Shown here in pieces: positions 39,101-48,686 of a stretch of 64,000 bases of DNA. The stretch spans positions 32,001 to 96,000 of IMG/VR virus record IMGVR_UViG_3300028558_000018, one strand, 5' to 3'. Every line of letters begins with the position of its first letter. Within the stretch, counting starts at the first letter, position 1. This DNA is from a virus. The notes under the pieces were generated by a model. That model saw only the letters and a program-made list of their open reading frames with translations, was not told the DNA's origin and did not search any database. The position numbers and the translations under genes are program-made.

Positions 39101-42030
39101 CTAAATAGAGTTGTCAACGAAGATGTTAATGTATTAATATCTTTTTCGCTCGCTGCACCAGATTGTAAAACTTCATTAAGTTGCTGTTGAGTTCTAACAT
39201 AATTTTCTGCCGAATTTGTAGATGCGGAGATGGCCGCTGACATTTTTTCAAATTCATCGGCGGCTTTTTTGAATGCTCTATCGGGAGCGCCCGCGACGGC
39301 TTTTCCCGCTCCATAAGCCAAACCAGCCCCCGCACCCACAGCTAGTCCAACAGGATTACCAGTTAGCGCGCCAAGAGACAAACCAGCGGCGGTATCGTTA
39401 ATAATATCGCTAGTTGGACCCTCAAACGCACCAGATAGTAACGACCCACCTAAAGAAGCTCCAAAGCCAATACCCGTCACTCTTGAGCGGCGATTTTGTA
39501 AAATTTGTTTTCTTTCTGATTCGGCAAAAATTCTTTCTTGCCCGCTAAGTCTTTTAACCCCTAGAGCCTTTCTTATAGCCGCGTTATCTTCTGGCAATTG
39601 GTCTTCAAAAGTTCCACGAAAAGTTCCACGTAATCCAGAGTATTTAGATTCAAGAGTTTTTTTGATTTTTAACAATCTACCGGACTCATCAACATCTCCA
39701 GATTGGAATGAAGACAGGGCACGATCCATTTTATTCGCGGCGGCAATTCTAGCTCTTTCAGCGGGAGTATATGAGGCCTCTCTATTTTGTTTTTCTCTAG
39801 TTTGTCTAAGATAATAATCTTCCGTAGATTCTAAATCGCCCGCACCTTCACCGCCGCCAGAGCCGCCCTTAGATAATTTTCCGCCAATAAATATTTTAGG
39901 CTGTTGTTCTAATTTGTAAAGGCGATTAAATTGTGCTCCAACAGTTTGACGAATTTTAGCTTGGGATTCTTTAGTGAGATTGATTTCTTTAATATAATCT
40001 TCGATTGAAGAACCTAATCCATAAGCGACTTCTTTATCAATTTTGGTTACGGAATTTGTTAATTGACCAAAAAGGCTTCTTAATTTAGAAGACTGCTCGG
40101 GCGTAATTAAAAATTGAGAAAAGGGAGATTCGTTTACTCCTAAATTTCTAGATAAACTATCAAATGCGGCATAATTCGGAATTTTTTGGGCAATATTGGG
40201 ATTCGCACCCATTGCCAAAGCTCTATTCACCCCTTGAAATCCACCTAATGGCTCGTCACGTTTATTTGCAACCAATAATCCCATTGGATTGCTAGGAGAA
40301 ATCAATCTCTTATCAGTATCTACATAAATATCTTTTTCGCTTACCCCAGAAATTTTCTCTCTGTTGATTGCTTCTTGTAAAGGATCAGCATAATTATTTA
40401 CTCTTCCGGTCAATTTAGCAAGCGAACCAGCGGATTCCCTTTGGGCGATTCCGATAGCCAGAGATGATTTAATATTAGACAACCCCTGCGAACGCTCTCT
40501 AATTGCCGCGATTCTCAACTCGACTTCCGCTAAGGAATTAGCTCCCGCGATTAATTTTTGATAGTCTGTTCCTGCGGCCTGTAATAACTGATTTATCTTT
40601 TGCTGGGTGGTCGCGACTCTTTCGTTTCCTACCGCGACATCAATTAAATTCTTAATAGCCCCCTTGGTAAATTCAGAAGATTTTCTAAGTAACCCAACAA
40701 TAATAGCGGAAAAAATCACCGTGCCGGGGCCAGCAACGAAATTCCCAATACCTTTAAAAAATCCTTCCGCAAATTTCTGACCAGAGGTTTCCGGTCCTTT
40801 CCCGCTCCCAACAAAAGTCTCGCTTAAAAGATCGGAAGTAGAAACAACTTTTTTAATTACTGGGCTAATAGCTAATTCGCCAAATTTTCCAGTAGCTTGT
40901 TTGTAATTTTGCCCAATAACATTTAAATTAGATGCTAAAGTTTGATTAAGCTTCGCATTTTGTTTGATTGCCGTATCAGTAGAATTAATTGAATCATCAA
41001 GCGCGGATTTATAAGTAGAATAGCCAGTAGAAAGATCGTTAATTACGGCCTTTAGCTGATTTGCTTGGAATACGCCACCCGTTAATTCCGTAATAAAAGT
41101 TTGCTGGCTTTTATTTAAATTCGGATAAACATCACTTAATGATTTTAAAATATCAACGGCGGAACGAGTATTGCCTGCCACGTCTCTCGCGGCGACGCCA
41201 ATTGCTTGAAGTTGATCCACCGTGTCATTACGTTGGACGCGCTGAAAAATACTTTTGAGCGCGTTACCAATAACGTCGCCGCCACGATTTGTAATATGTT
41301 GAGCGGAAGTAATTAACGCAATTAATTGGTCAATATTAACCCCCGCATCTTGGGCGGAACTACCAACACGCTGAAGCGCATCGGCAATATCTTTACCCGA
41401 AATCGCGAAACGAGAAGAAATTGAGGCTAATTTATTAGTTAAATCAGTAGAAGTAATAACTTCTTTATTGTAACTGTTAATAACGCTAGTTAGAGTCCCA
41501 ACTGATTCTTTTAGTGATTGCCCGCTTAACCTTGATAAAATCGCCGCGTCATTTAGTCTTTTTAATGATTCCGCCGCGCCGAGTCCTTGACGAGCTAATT
41601 CCTTCGCTCCTTCAGCAATATCTTTAAAATTACTCCCCGTGTTGCGCGCCACATCGAAAAGTTGCTTGGAATAAGATTCTAATCCAGACTTCGAGAGATT
41701 CAACACCACATTGATATTAGCGAGGATTTTTTGCACCTCGATACCATTAGTAGCTAAATCTTTCATTCCCTTGGAAACCGCCGCGAGAATCCCCACTGAA
41801 GAACCGAATGCGAGAACACGGGCATTTGAAGCCTCTAAAGATTTACTAAACTCACTTGCTTGACCACTTAATCTACCCAACGGGCCGCTTAATTTATTTA
41901 GCCCAGCGGAATCAAAATCTAGCTTAATTTTACTAAAATTTAATGCCTCAATTTTCTTTTGTGCCTCTGCCGCCGTGCGATAGCCTTTAGAAAAATCAAA
42001 ATCCGCGCTGTATGTGAATGCTTCGGGCAT
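36166..42030 (-). CDS. Tail tape measure protein, 1954 aa
   Basis: TP901-type region (ELARQG, DKLA.., LQRVGSSA, IGNALKSIF.R.Q), helical A/K/L-rich, Gly-rich hydrophobic segments. Confidence 0.9.
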   Translation of the reverse strand: MPEAFTYSADFDFSKGYRTAAEAQKKIEALNFSKIKLDFDSAGLNKLSGPLGRLSGQASEFSKSLEASNARVLAFGSSVGILAAVSKGMKDLATNGIEVQKILANINVVLNLSKSGLESYSKQLFDVARNTGSNFKDIAEGAKELARQGLGAAESLKRLNDAAILSRLSGQSLKESVGTLTSVINSYNKEVITSTDLTNKLASISSRFAISGKDIADALQRVGSSAQDAGVNIDQLIALITSAQHITNRGGDVIGNALKSIFQRVQRNDTVDQLQAIGVAARDVAGNTRSAVDILKSLSDVYPNLNKSQQTFITELTGGVFQANQLKAVINDLSTGYSTYKSALDDSINSTDTAIKQNAKLNQTLASNLNVIGQNYKQATGKFGELAISPVIKKVVSTSDLLSETFVGSGKGPETSGQKFAEGFFKGIGNFVAGPGTVIFSAIIVGLLRKSSEFTKGAIKNLIDVAVGNERVATTQQKINQLLQAAGTDYQKLIAGANSLAEVELRIAAIRERSQGLSNIKSSLAIGIAQRESAGSLAKLTGRVNNYADPLQEAINREKISGVSEKDIYVDTDKRLISPSNPMGLLVANKRDEPLGGFQGVNRALAMGANPNIAQKIPNYAAFDSLSRNLGVNESPFSQFLITPEQSSKLRSLFGQLTNSVTKIDKEVAYGLGSSIEDYIKEINLTKESQAKIRQTVGAQFNRLYKLEQQPKIFIGGKLSKGGSGGGEGAGDLESTEDYYLRQTREKQNREASYTPAERARIAAANKMDRALSSFQSGDVDESGRLLKIKKTLESKYSGLRGTFRGTFEDQLPEDNAAIRKALGVKRLSGQERIFAESERKQILQNRRSRVTGIGFGASLGGSLLSGAFEGPTSDIINDTAAGLSLGALTGNPVGLAVGAGAGLAYGAGKAVAGAPDRAFKKAADEFEKMSAAISASTNSAENYVRTQQQLNEVLQSGAASEKDINTLTSSLTTLFSEITDNRLKQDILSAGDDINKLGDKLSEFAKKSREILAEKAIGVSSAGALAQRDNKSLGFGGNYRTEDLVTIGKNVAQSGKINSSNIGEFQAKFDELSKTINESKLEETIRAIGVPIKDITDYYARLNVLSSALGEAKLGKQAEEITKDLNAYLVALSNFQKEFRRLIDTRLNEQKITLTGDVATNNVRSSAAKSVLSGLSYGLTDSSIARGEGIIQQRALRDQTTTGLKDIKLDASGKIASLITNVLQQSASDALKEEIGKTDPDKLIQKILNLDTKDFKGGIAGEDIGKVKNQLYQDLIDYEKTIGEFGIKQKEATKLLDIEINTRLAAIRRQALIGSFGGVGNLGKSLDTSPFVAASQAASFRAIGEYQLGRGDYVSNNQKAVLQNQTARARLTESQSAIELAKLFPEIAAVRTPAIQAKVSKSFEFEDRQKLAQLTADQLKATFKSELTGNGIRTQNLSVGTLEILQQKIFNALSATGPNGQRRPGGDRNYDGALKILDDSGIKTRNPELYDRFASVLSQAQQIQGNIPDAAKSKAKLSVPGLLSESDQQKINEGYSSDNNSAQVAINTAVTARRLEDIKGLLAVSNDALLKQGEVNKLRGDAQKILESAGKKQQYKDALFDTGYVRLQGDQLQLQSSFKGAFQKVSGKDYNEAKSLAADSGAVSTGEISIFNRLLKGGNAKDIFKDVKDNLKDNDAFLQVLSPDVNKRDDALKLLIAQFTNSKLVKGLEDNTTAINELNKQYAEKNKDIDTAGKVANAAKEASAKATEEFGKKQSTAGTAIAGSGSAAENVQEQIAAARKTAAKKVNSPDYTPRNVTIYGKGVSTLDDDVRFGNSSSLVGHSPELNPAYQDWRTHRNFSKMSDRVGDSPSFLPYDSKTNTRAGFPETYPTKPKEKDKDSDDTKKSQALLEKATNGITLDVAQKIQAAIQVTVNGAQNNEELKSFITASIGAYYKNLQGQIDELKGGIAKPSAA

Positions 42031-42063
42031 GGGTATATTTTAAATCCTTATTCCTTGAAAAAT

Positions 42064-42090
42064 ATTACACAAAAATCCCCCAAGAGTGAA
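42064..42090 (-). promoter_or_regulatory. Phage late-type promoter TTCAC-N15-GTGTAAT
   Basis: Upstream of TMP; followed by CAAGGAATAAGG. Confidence 0.75.
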
Positions 42091-42091
42091 C

Positions 42092-43096
42092 TTACTTATA
42101 AAGCGTCTGTCCCTCTTGAATCTGTTGGATTTCACTAGAAGTTAACCCACCCAATCCCGCTTCCTTCTTTTTACGTGCTTGCAACGCCAATGGATTCCCT
42201 GTTTCTAGCCCCGCTGCTTTCAAATCTTCCTTTGTCGCACCCATAATAGATAGAGCATTTTCACCCTTTTCTTTGGTTTCCTCCTTCATATTACTGCTGG
42301 AATTAACAAAATCAATGAGTTTTTCAGGGTCATTGCGAACTTCATCGGGAATATCCTTGGTGTTTGACAATAATTGTTTAAAATATCGGCCATAAGCTGA
42401 AATTTCGCTTTGAAAACTTGTTAATTGGATAATTGGCTTCCCCCAGAAATCGCTTAAATTCTCAGTCAAATAAAAATAGTTTTGAAAAAATGATTGCAAA
42501 CATATTAATTTGATATTATTAGTATTAATATTATTAATTGCGCTATTGTAAATTTTAATTAAATCATCCAACGCTTCATCCTCTAACAAATCAAATTCTT
42601 CCTCAGAGTATAATGGAATGGTTAGCCCCTTATCTTTGTAAAAGGATTTGAAAATAAAATATCCATTTAATCTATTCGCGGCCAACTTTTCACAAGTGTT
42701 GCCTATTTGGGAAGATTTTTGCTTATTCTTTTTATCTAATTTAGATAACTCTACTTCTATAAGTCTTTGAGTTTGTTCTACTTGAGACGGAATAGTTTGC
42801 TTAGTTTTAGTTTGGCGCAACCTATCAATATAAAGCATTATTGCTTTAATTTCTTCTTCATCGCTTTGCTTCCAAAATCCTTGACGTTTTAATTGTTCTA
42901 CGACTTCATTTTCAGTGGGCAAGCCCTTTGATTTAGATTCTTCGTAAACTTGCTCATAATTTGAATCTAAATCAACTTGGTCGGATAATGTAAAATGCTT
43001 GATATAAACAATTTGAGAGCCAATTTTTGCCGACGAATAACCTATTGAAATCGCATGAAATATGCGTTTTAACTCTAACTGTTTCCGCTCAACCAT
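42092..43096 (-). CDS. Putative tail assembly chaperone
   Basis: Between tube and TMP; helical. Confidence 0.5.
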   Translation of the reverse strand: MVERKQLELKRIFHAISIGYSSAKIGSQIVYIKHFTLSDQVDLDSNYEQVYEESKSKGLPTENEVVEQLKRQGFWKQSDEEEIKAIMLYIDRLRQTKTKQTIPSQVEQTQRLIEVELSKLDKKNKQKSSQIGNTCEKLAANRLNGYFIFKSFYKDKGLTIPLYSEEEFDLLEDEALDDLIKIYNSAINNINTNNIKLICLQSFFQNYFYLTENLSDFWGKPIIQLTSFQSEISAYGRYFKQLLSNTKDIPDEVRNDPEKLIDFVNSSSNMKEETKEKGENALSIMGATKEDLKAAGLETGNPLALQARKKKEAGLGGLTSSEIQQIQEGQTLYK

Positions 43097-43102
43097 AAGG
43101 AA

Positions 43103-43876
43103 TTAAATTCCTAATTCTTCCTCGATAGGCTTAAAATCTTCGCGAGTTTGCGGCGATGCGCTAAACCAATAAGCGATAATAGCTGAAAGTTTGTTTCTTA
43201 CATTGAAAAACAATTCATCTTTTTCTTCACCCAGACGTTCATATTCATCAAGTTTTTCTTCAAAAGTCGCGCCTTTAAACATAGGCTCAACCTTCCCATT
43301 AATTTCTTTATGAGTCAAAAACACAGTGAACCAATTAAGAATTCTATAAAATGCCTTTTGATCTGCGCTATGGTCGAAAATCGCGCTGCGTTGGGTTTCA
43401 AAATCAATAGTTGAATGTTTTAGAATAGAAAGTTCGGCGTAAAGTTTCGCGCCCGCGTCCTTTTCTTCTTCGGTCAATGTAGAAATATCTTTAGAATTAT
43501 AATGTTGAATTTCGCCAATTTTAATCGCCAATTCGGTTTGAAGCTTCACATAATAATCAGCGTCTTGTTTGGACAAATCTCCACCAAAATCATTATATTT
43601 TTTGGCAATTTGATTCTTGGTGTATAACCCTTGATCCATACAAAAATAGAGATATTTACTATATTCTAATTCGGCCTCTTCACGTTGTTTGCGAGTGGGT
43701 TTATAAATAAGAATCTTGACAGGAATTTTATCTTGGACTTTCGTTTTTACAGTAATTTCCGCCCCGTTTTCCATGCGGGTTTCTGATTTTTCTACTTCAT
43801 CAGTAATAGAAGATAGAAAATCATAGATAATTTTCTTTTGCGGGCCTTGCGGTGTTTCTAGGCTGGGAGGAGTCAT
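43103..43876 (-). CDS. Putative tail assembly chaperone
   Basis: Between tube and TMP; IYKPTRK motif, acidic and helical. Confidence 0.5.
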   Translation of the reverse strand: MTPPSLETPQGPQKKIIYDFLSSITDEVEKSETRMENGAEITVKTKVQDKIPVKILIYKPTRKQREEAELEYSKYLYFCMDQGLYTKNQIAKKYNDFGGDLSKQDADYYVKLQTELAIKIGEIQHYNSKDISTLTEEEKDAGAKLYAELSILKHSTIDFETQRSAIFDHSADQKAFYRILNWFTVFLTHKEINGKVEPMFKGATFEEKLDEYERLGEEKDELFFNVRNKLSAIIAYWFSASPQTREDFKPIEEELGI

Positions 43877-43888
43877 TGTAGTATATTA

Positions 43889-44173
43889 TTAATTTTTAAA
43901 TTGAATGTCAAATTTATCTAATTCGTCTTGGAGATTTCTTGTCGCGGAACCCGCATGGTCGAGAACTCTTTTACGAAAATGTCCATAGGCTTCTTTATCG
44001 AAAAAATTAGCTTGGATGACTAGATTTTTATACTCGGGAGGAAGCGCGGAAAGGAGTTTATAAAATTGCTCATCATGTTGATATTGAATATCTTCAAGAA
44101 TTTCTAAAAATTGCACGGAAATCCCTTTTACATTTTTAATCGCGTTGAATTGTAAATAATCTTTTGCCTCCAT
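43889..44173 (-). CDS. Hypothetical protein, 94 aa
   Basis: Own late-type promoter at 44212-44238. Confidence 0.6.
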   Translation of the reverse strand: MEAKDYLQFNAIKNVKGISVQFLEILEDIQYQHDEQFYKLLSALPPEYKNLVIQANFFDKEAYGHFRKRVLDHAGSATRNLQDELDKFDIQFKN

Positions 44174-44211
44174 AATAATCCTTTGTTAACCCACCTTGTT
44201 CCTTAAAACTG

Positions 44212-44238
44212 ATTAACCTAAATGATTATAAATGTGAA
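44212..44238 (-). promoter_or_regulatory. Phage late-type promoter TTCAC-N15-GGTTAAT
   Basis: Exact spacing. Confidence 0.7.
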
Positions 44239-44253
44239 ATTAAATTTAGGCAC

Positions 44254-44287
44254 AAAAAATCTCCCAGCGATTAACTAGGAGAATTTT
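44254..44287 (-). terminator. Intrinsic terminator after tail tube gene
   Basis: TCTCCTAG/CTGGGAGA stem plus T6. Confidence 0.65.
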
Positions 44288-44307
44288 ATATCTAACTGAC
44301 TAACTAA

Positions 44308-45435
44308 TTAAGGATTTACCCCAGAGATATAGAATCCGTGGAGTGTATCGCTAGAACCACCGATAGGAGCACTAAACTGCATCGTGACAGTCTGGGCGGG
44401 GCCGACGCTTTCGGAGAATTCCGCTGAATCAAGTTGCGCGCCAACGAGTGTGTAAATCAGAATAGAATTACCAGTAGTAGAGTCACATTTCGGAAGGGTG
44501 GCCGAAACCTGTAGATTATAAGTGGAATTATCACAGAATAAAGAAGTAACAGAACCGTTGTTCAACTGATTGACAAGAGCATCAATCGAAAACGTAACGT
44601 TAATGGGGAAATTAATATTACGAGCATAGGCTTGTTTAGAACCTAAGCGTTGGAGAACTTCGAGAGAAATCGGGGCATTAATGGTGAACGATTGAATATT
44701 CGCGGCCCCGACACCAGTAACAGTTGCGCCAAGAGTCGTAGAAACTTGAGATAAATCAACAAATAAATCACCTTGGCGAATTGCAATAGGCTGATCAACC
44801 GTCCCAGAGGTAGCCAGAGGAATATTATAAGTATAACCAGTAATTTGCGCGCTAGTATTGTGATCAACGGCAGGAATAGCGTTGCCAGTTCCGCCCACAT
44901 CATAAGTGGCATTAAGAGCCTCCCAAGTGGTAGAAGCGGTCATGAAACCACCAACGGCAGCAGAAACGGAATAAGAAGAAAGGGCGGCATTACCGAAACC
45001 GCGAACGTCAACTACAGAATTACCAGAAAGGGTCGCTAAATCTGTGCCCTCGGCAACCGTAGGAATGAAGAAATTCTTTTCGGCTTGGGTGCGGTCGATG
45101 ATATGTTGAAGGGCGGAACCGTGGCCAGAGCCGGAGATATTAAGGCCGACCATTTTTTCCGCACTTCCGTCAGTTGCATAATAAGAATAGCTTAAGTTAA
45201 CGGTGGGCGATTGGGTCACAAGACGAGCAATGGGAGCGAGTTGGCCAAATTGCGTAATATTTGTGCGGTTGGCTTGAAATCCATCGCGAGTAGTTGTTAC
45301 GCGAGAAATCTGTTGGAGTAAGTTCGTCCCAGAGTTGCCAAGGCTAAAATGTGCGCCAGAAGCGTTCGCGCCACTTGGCCCCACCATGACCCCATTGATC
45401 TGATAAATTCTGCGGCTAAAAACAGGAGTAGACAT
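44308..45435 (-). CDS. Major tail (tube) protein
   Basis: Synteny, high-expression codon bias, own promoter and terminator, beta-rich. Confidence 0.7.
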   Translation of the reverse strand: MSTPVFSRRIYQINGVMVGPSGANASGAHFSLGNSGTNLLQQISRVTTTRDGFQANRTNITQFGQLAPIARLVTQSPTVNLSYSYYATDGSAEKMVGLNISGSGHGSALQHIIDRTQAEKNFFIPTVAEGTDLATLSGNSVVDVRGFGNAALSSYSVSAAVGGFMTASTTWEALNATYDVGGTGNAIPAVDHNTSAQITGYTYNIPLATSGTVDQPIAIRQGDLFVDLSQVSTTLGATVTGVGAANIQSFTINAPISLEVLQRLGSKQAYARNINFPINVTFSIDALVNQLNNGSVTSLFCDNSTYNLQVSATLPKCDSTTGNSILIYTLVGAQLDSAEFSESVGPAQTVTMQFSAPIGGSSDTLHGFYISGVNP

Positions 45436-45483
45436 AAATAGTAATTATTGATTATTAATTGAGATGTAGTTTGATAAATAATC

Positions 45484-45510
45484 ATTACAACAATTTTGGG
45501 GGAAAGTGAA
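45484..45510 (-). promoter_or_regulatory. Phage late-type promoter TTCAC-N15-TTGTAAT
   Basis: Exact spacing, upstream of tube gene. Confidence 0.7.
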
Positions 45511-45532
45511 GTGTTAAAGGGTATTTTCTTTT

Positions 45533-46570
45533 TTATTGGCTCCTACGAGGATAGCGTTGCATGTTTATATCAAAATTTACAAACGCCACAAAGTAATTAT
45601 TAACATTATTGGTCTTTTCACTAACTTTACTCACATGGACTTTCTTCACCCAAGCCAAATTGTTCGCATAGCCAAATTGGGCTACATAATTATTATAATT
45701 GTAAACCCCGCTTAAATTATCCTTAATATCTCCATAAAAGTTCAATGGCATATAATCCAAGGGAATTAATGGAAACATTAAATTATTAGTATCTCTTAAC
45801 AGAGAAAGAACTCCATCTATTTGATATTGGTCTTTACAAATCAACATCACATTCGCGCTCATTTTGGTCAAATCTTGCCCGCCGAAAGTAAATGGCTCAT
45901 TATCTCCTTCTGAAAGCGATATAACTGAACACGGCGCGGCGTAAATATATGGAGATAAACCAGTTGCGGGCAAACCCACATTATTATCGTTGCCCATAAT
46001 TGATTCAAATACTATTTGTTGGTTAGACTCCGAAGTAATATAAGTGTTAAATTCCTTTTTCGCATAATTGCCACTAAATGCAGGAATTGTTTGAGAAGTT
46101 AAATCCAAATTAGTCGCATTGTAGAAATAATAAAACCCTTGCGATATTCCCGTAGTTGAAACTAATTGCCCGCCAGAATAAACATAAGTTGCGTTACAAT
46201 CTTGAACATAAGCGGGGGTTGTTCCACTATAAGAACCCGTAATATAATTATAAAGTTCCCCTGAAACGGCCAAATTAGAGAAAATTCTACCATTTTGATA
46301 ATCAAACATCAGCCCGCTAGTTCCTCTTCCAATAAATTGCTCGGTATTAATGGGGGCAACGCCACTTAAAACATTCGCGCCGGGAATACTAGAGTCGTAA
46401 ACTAATTGCTTATAAGGAGATGCGTAAGTTACATAACCGGGCAAACTTGCATCAGTTGAGGGATAAAAAATAGTGGTTTCATTAGAAAACGCCTCCCCCG
46501 TGGATAACAAATAATGGTCAAACCACAAATAAAATGAGCCAAGAAGAGTATGGGAAAAGGTTTGTTTCAC
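45533..46570 (-). CDS. Tail terminator-like protein with insertion domain
   Basis: Directly upstream of tube gene; GTG start; promoter TTCGC-N15-GTGTAAT at 46577-46603. Confidence 0.5.
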   Translation of the reverse strand: MKQTFSHTLLGSFYLWFDHYLLSTGEAFSNETTIFYPSTDASLPGYVTYASPYKQLVYDSSIPGANVLSGVAPINTEQFIGRGTSGLMFDYQNGRIFSNLAVSGELYNYITGSYSGTTPAYVQDCNATYVYSGGQLVSTTGISQGFYYFYNATNLDLTSQTIPAFSGNYAKKEFNTYITSESNQQIVFESIMGNDNNVGLPATGLSPYIYAAPCSVISLSEGDNEPFTFGGQDLTKMSANVMLICKDQYQIDGVLSLLRDTNNLMFPLIPLDYMPLNFYGDIKDNLSGVYNYNNYVAQFGYANNLAWVKKVHVSKVSEKTNNVNNYFVAFVNFDINMQRYPRRSQ

Positions 46571-46586
46571 GATTTAATTACACTGA

Positions 46587-47219
46587 TTATTGTTGCCCGC
46601 GAATTTTTGCTTTCAGTTCGGCCAAGAACTCATTCACATAGGGAATTTTCACCCCATTAAAAGTTTCGCCGCGCACGTTGCCATTTTTAGATTGCAAGGC
46701 CATTTTTGACCTTGAATTAGCATTTTCACTATAATCTTTAAATATTGTCCGTTGGAAGCCCCCCACGCCACGTTTTACCATATCTAACCAACTTCTCCCT
46801 GTCCAACCCAAATGATTATATTGGACCGAAATTGATTCTAATTCATCAACGGTAATAACCCCCACTCGCGCCTCTACTCGATAAACCATTTTATCATTAG
46901 TATTACGTTTATTAATTGACATAATATTAATACCCTCTTCTAGGGCGTTCTTAATCGGCTCCGTGGGATCACCATCATCTTGATTAAACCCCATTAAGCC
47001 ATAAAGATTTCCATTTGTGAGAAATTGACTGCGAGTATCTGAGTTCCCCATTGAGGCTTCTGAGAGTTCTTGGGTAATGGGCGAATCTTCAAATTTTTTA
47101 ATTGCCTCTTGTTTATACTCTTCTATTTGTTTTTCGATTCTCCTTTTTGCCGTAGGATAAATACTTCTATCCACAGCTTTATCAATTTCTTTACGAAAAA
47201 CTGCAATATTAATGCCCAT
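46587..47219 (-). CDS. Neck/tail completion protein
   Basis: Synteny; C-terminal PY...F motif like HK97 gp10-type proteins. Confidence 0.45.
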   Translation of the reverse strand: MGINIAVFRKEIDKAVDRSIYPTAKRRIEKQIEEYKQEAIKKFEDSPITQELSEASMGNSDTRSQFLTNGNLYGLMGFNQDDGDPTEPIKNALEEGINIMSINKRNTNDKMVYRVEARVGVITVDELESISVQYNHLGWTGRSWLDMVKRGVGGFQRTIFKDYSENANSRSKMALQSKNGNVRGETFNGVKIPYVNEFLAELKAKIRGQQ

Positions 47220-47221
47220 TT

Positions 47222-47680
47222 TTAATTAACGGCCTTGAGATAAAAATTATAAAACTGATAGCTAACTACGCCATGAGGCCGAGGATCAGATTCGATTTGA
47301 TAAAACGAATCATTAAAATAGATTTTTTTACAATTATTTAACACGGGAAGGGCATCGCCGCTACAAATAATTTTAACCAAATAATCTTTTTTACGCAGGT
47401 TGGTTTGATTAGAAGATTTTGTCCCACCCTCCGTAAAATCGTTAATCTTTTCGTCTTTCGGATAATGAATTCTTAAATTATATATTCCGCTATTAACAAC
47501 TTCTTGAATTTGCGTTTGGTTCGGACCGCTATTATAGAGAAAATTATGATTGGGGTTAGTGCTAATTACTGTCTTTTGAGAGGTTTGATAAATTATCACG
47601 GGTTTGGCCCATGTTTCATGAACCAACGCCATTGTATTCCTAAAATCTGTTTCGTCCGCGCTTGAAATAAATCCCGCCAT
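47222..47680 (-). CDS. Head closure (stopper)-like protein
   Basis: Synteny; beta-rich, C-terminal YLKAV. Confidence 0.45.
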   Translation of the reverse strand: MAGFISSADETDFRNTMALVHETWAKPVIIYQTSQKTVISTNPNHNFLYNSGPNQTQIQEVVNSGIYNLRIHYPKDEKINDFTEGGTKSSNQTNLRKKDYLVKIICSGDALPVLNNCKKIYFNDSFYQIESDPRPHGVVSYQFYNFYLKAVN

Positions 47681-47682
47681 AA

Positions 47683-48183
47683 TTAGTGTAAATAAGTTCT
47701 ATCTTGATTAATAGTGCCGTCAGAACCCCAGAGAATAACTTCGGTTGGTGAACCCATATCAATAACGACTGTTTTTGCGTTATTGCGCTGATACGCAAAT
47801 ATCATATTATCAAGATTCTTTTGCGCTTCTTTACGTAAATTAATAAAAGTTTTAGCAATTTCATTGGGCGAAAGACGCTTCACGGCACTTACGTCATCTT
47901 TGATTTCTGTCCAAAGAGACACCCCCGCTGCGCCCAAAAATGAACTAGCTTGACGATCATAATATTGAACTTTGTAAAGTTCTTTATAAATATCACTTTC
48001 TTCTGCGCCTAAACATGGGTCAATACCTGTGCCGCCGATACCGCTATAAGAAGTAATAATAGCGTTATTAAGTTTGCCGATATTGTTAATATACCAACCG
48101 GAAATATAGCCGATGGAGATTGCGGTAGGTTGACCAATTTCGTCCCAGCTACCAGAGGCTAAATTATATAGATCGCAAGACAT
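47683..48183 (-). CDS. Head-tail adaptor-like protein
   Basis: Synteny, helical; promoter variant at 48191-48217. Confidence 0.45.
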   Translation of the reverse strand: MSCDLYNLASGSWDEIGQPTAISIGYISGWYINNIGKLNNAIITSYSGIGGTGIDPCLGAEESDIYKELYKVQYYDRQASSFLGAAGVSLWTEIKDDVSAVKRLSPNEIAKTFINLRKEAQKNLDNMIFAYQRNNAKTVVIDMGSPTEVILWGSDGTINQDRTYLH

Positions 48184-48258
48184 ATCAAATATTACACGAA
48201 AAAGGGCTAAATTAGAAATTTACTCTCTAAAATAGCCCCCGTTGATGTTAACGAATAA

Positions 48259-48684
48259 TTATCGTGAGCGACTCAAGATATCATTAACTTTCTTCTGCAA
48301 CTCGGGATCGTTTTTAATATGGTCGTAATTAGTTTGAGGAATAACCGCACCGCTATATTCACTTGTCTTAAGTTTAAATTCACGGAGTAGCTTATCAATC
48401 ATGAGACTCCGATTATCAGTAGGTAAAATTCCAATATCATAACTATGACCCTGTAAATCCGCAAGATTCATTTCGCGAAGGAAGGCTTCATAAACTTTAA
48501 TATCATTGGTTTTATATGTGCGGTCTTTCATTCCGCAAATTTCGTAAACGGTTTTATATTTGCCGTAAGGATTGGCGGCGGTAGGGTCAAACGGAGCCGT
48601 GTCGATTAGCCCCGATGAATCAATTTTTGCCTGTCCATCGGCTGCGGTTAGTTCTTCAAATTTTACTTTAGATTTTTTAGCCAT
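48259..48684 (-). CDS. Hypothetical protein, 141 aa
   Basis: Between MCP/HEG and neck genes; followed by hairpin 48199-48238. Confidence 0.6.
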   Translation of the reverse strand: MAKKSKVKFEELTAADGQAKIDSSGLIDTAPFDPTAANPYGKYKTVYEICGMKDRTYKTNDIKVYEAFLREMNLADLQGHSYDIGILPTDNRSLMIDKLLREFKLKTSEYSGAVIPQTNYDHIKNDPELQKKVNDILSRSR

Positions 48685-48686
48685 AA

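Noticed and set aside
42092-43876. Programmed frameshift between tail chaperones
   Set aside because: Separate ORFs with own start codon and 6-nt gap; no clear slippery site near the junction
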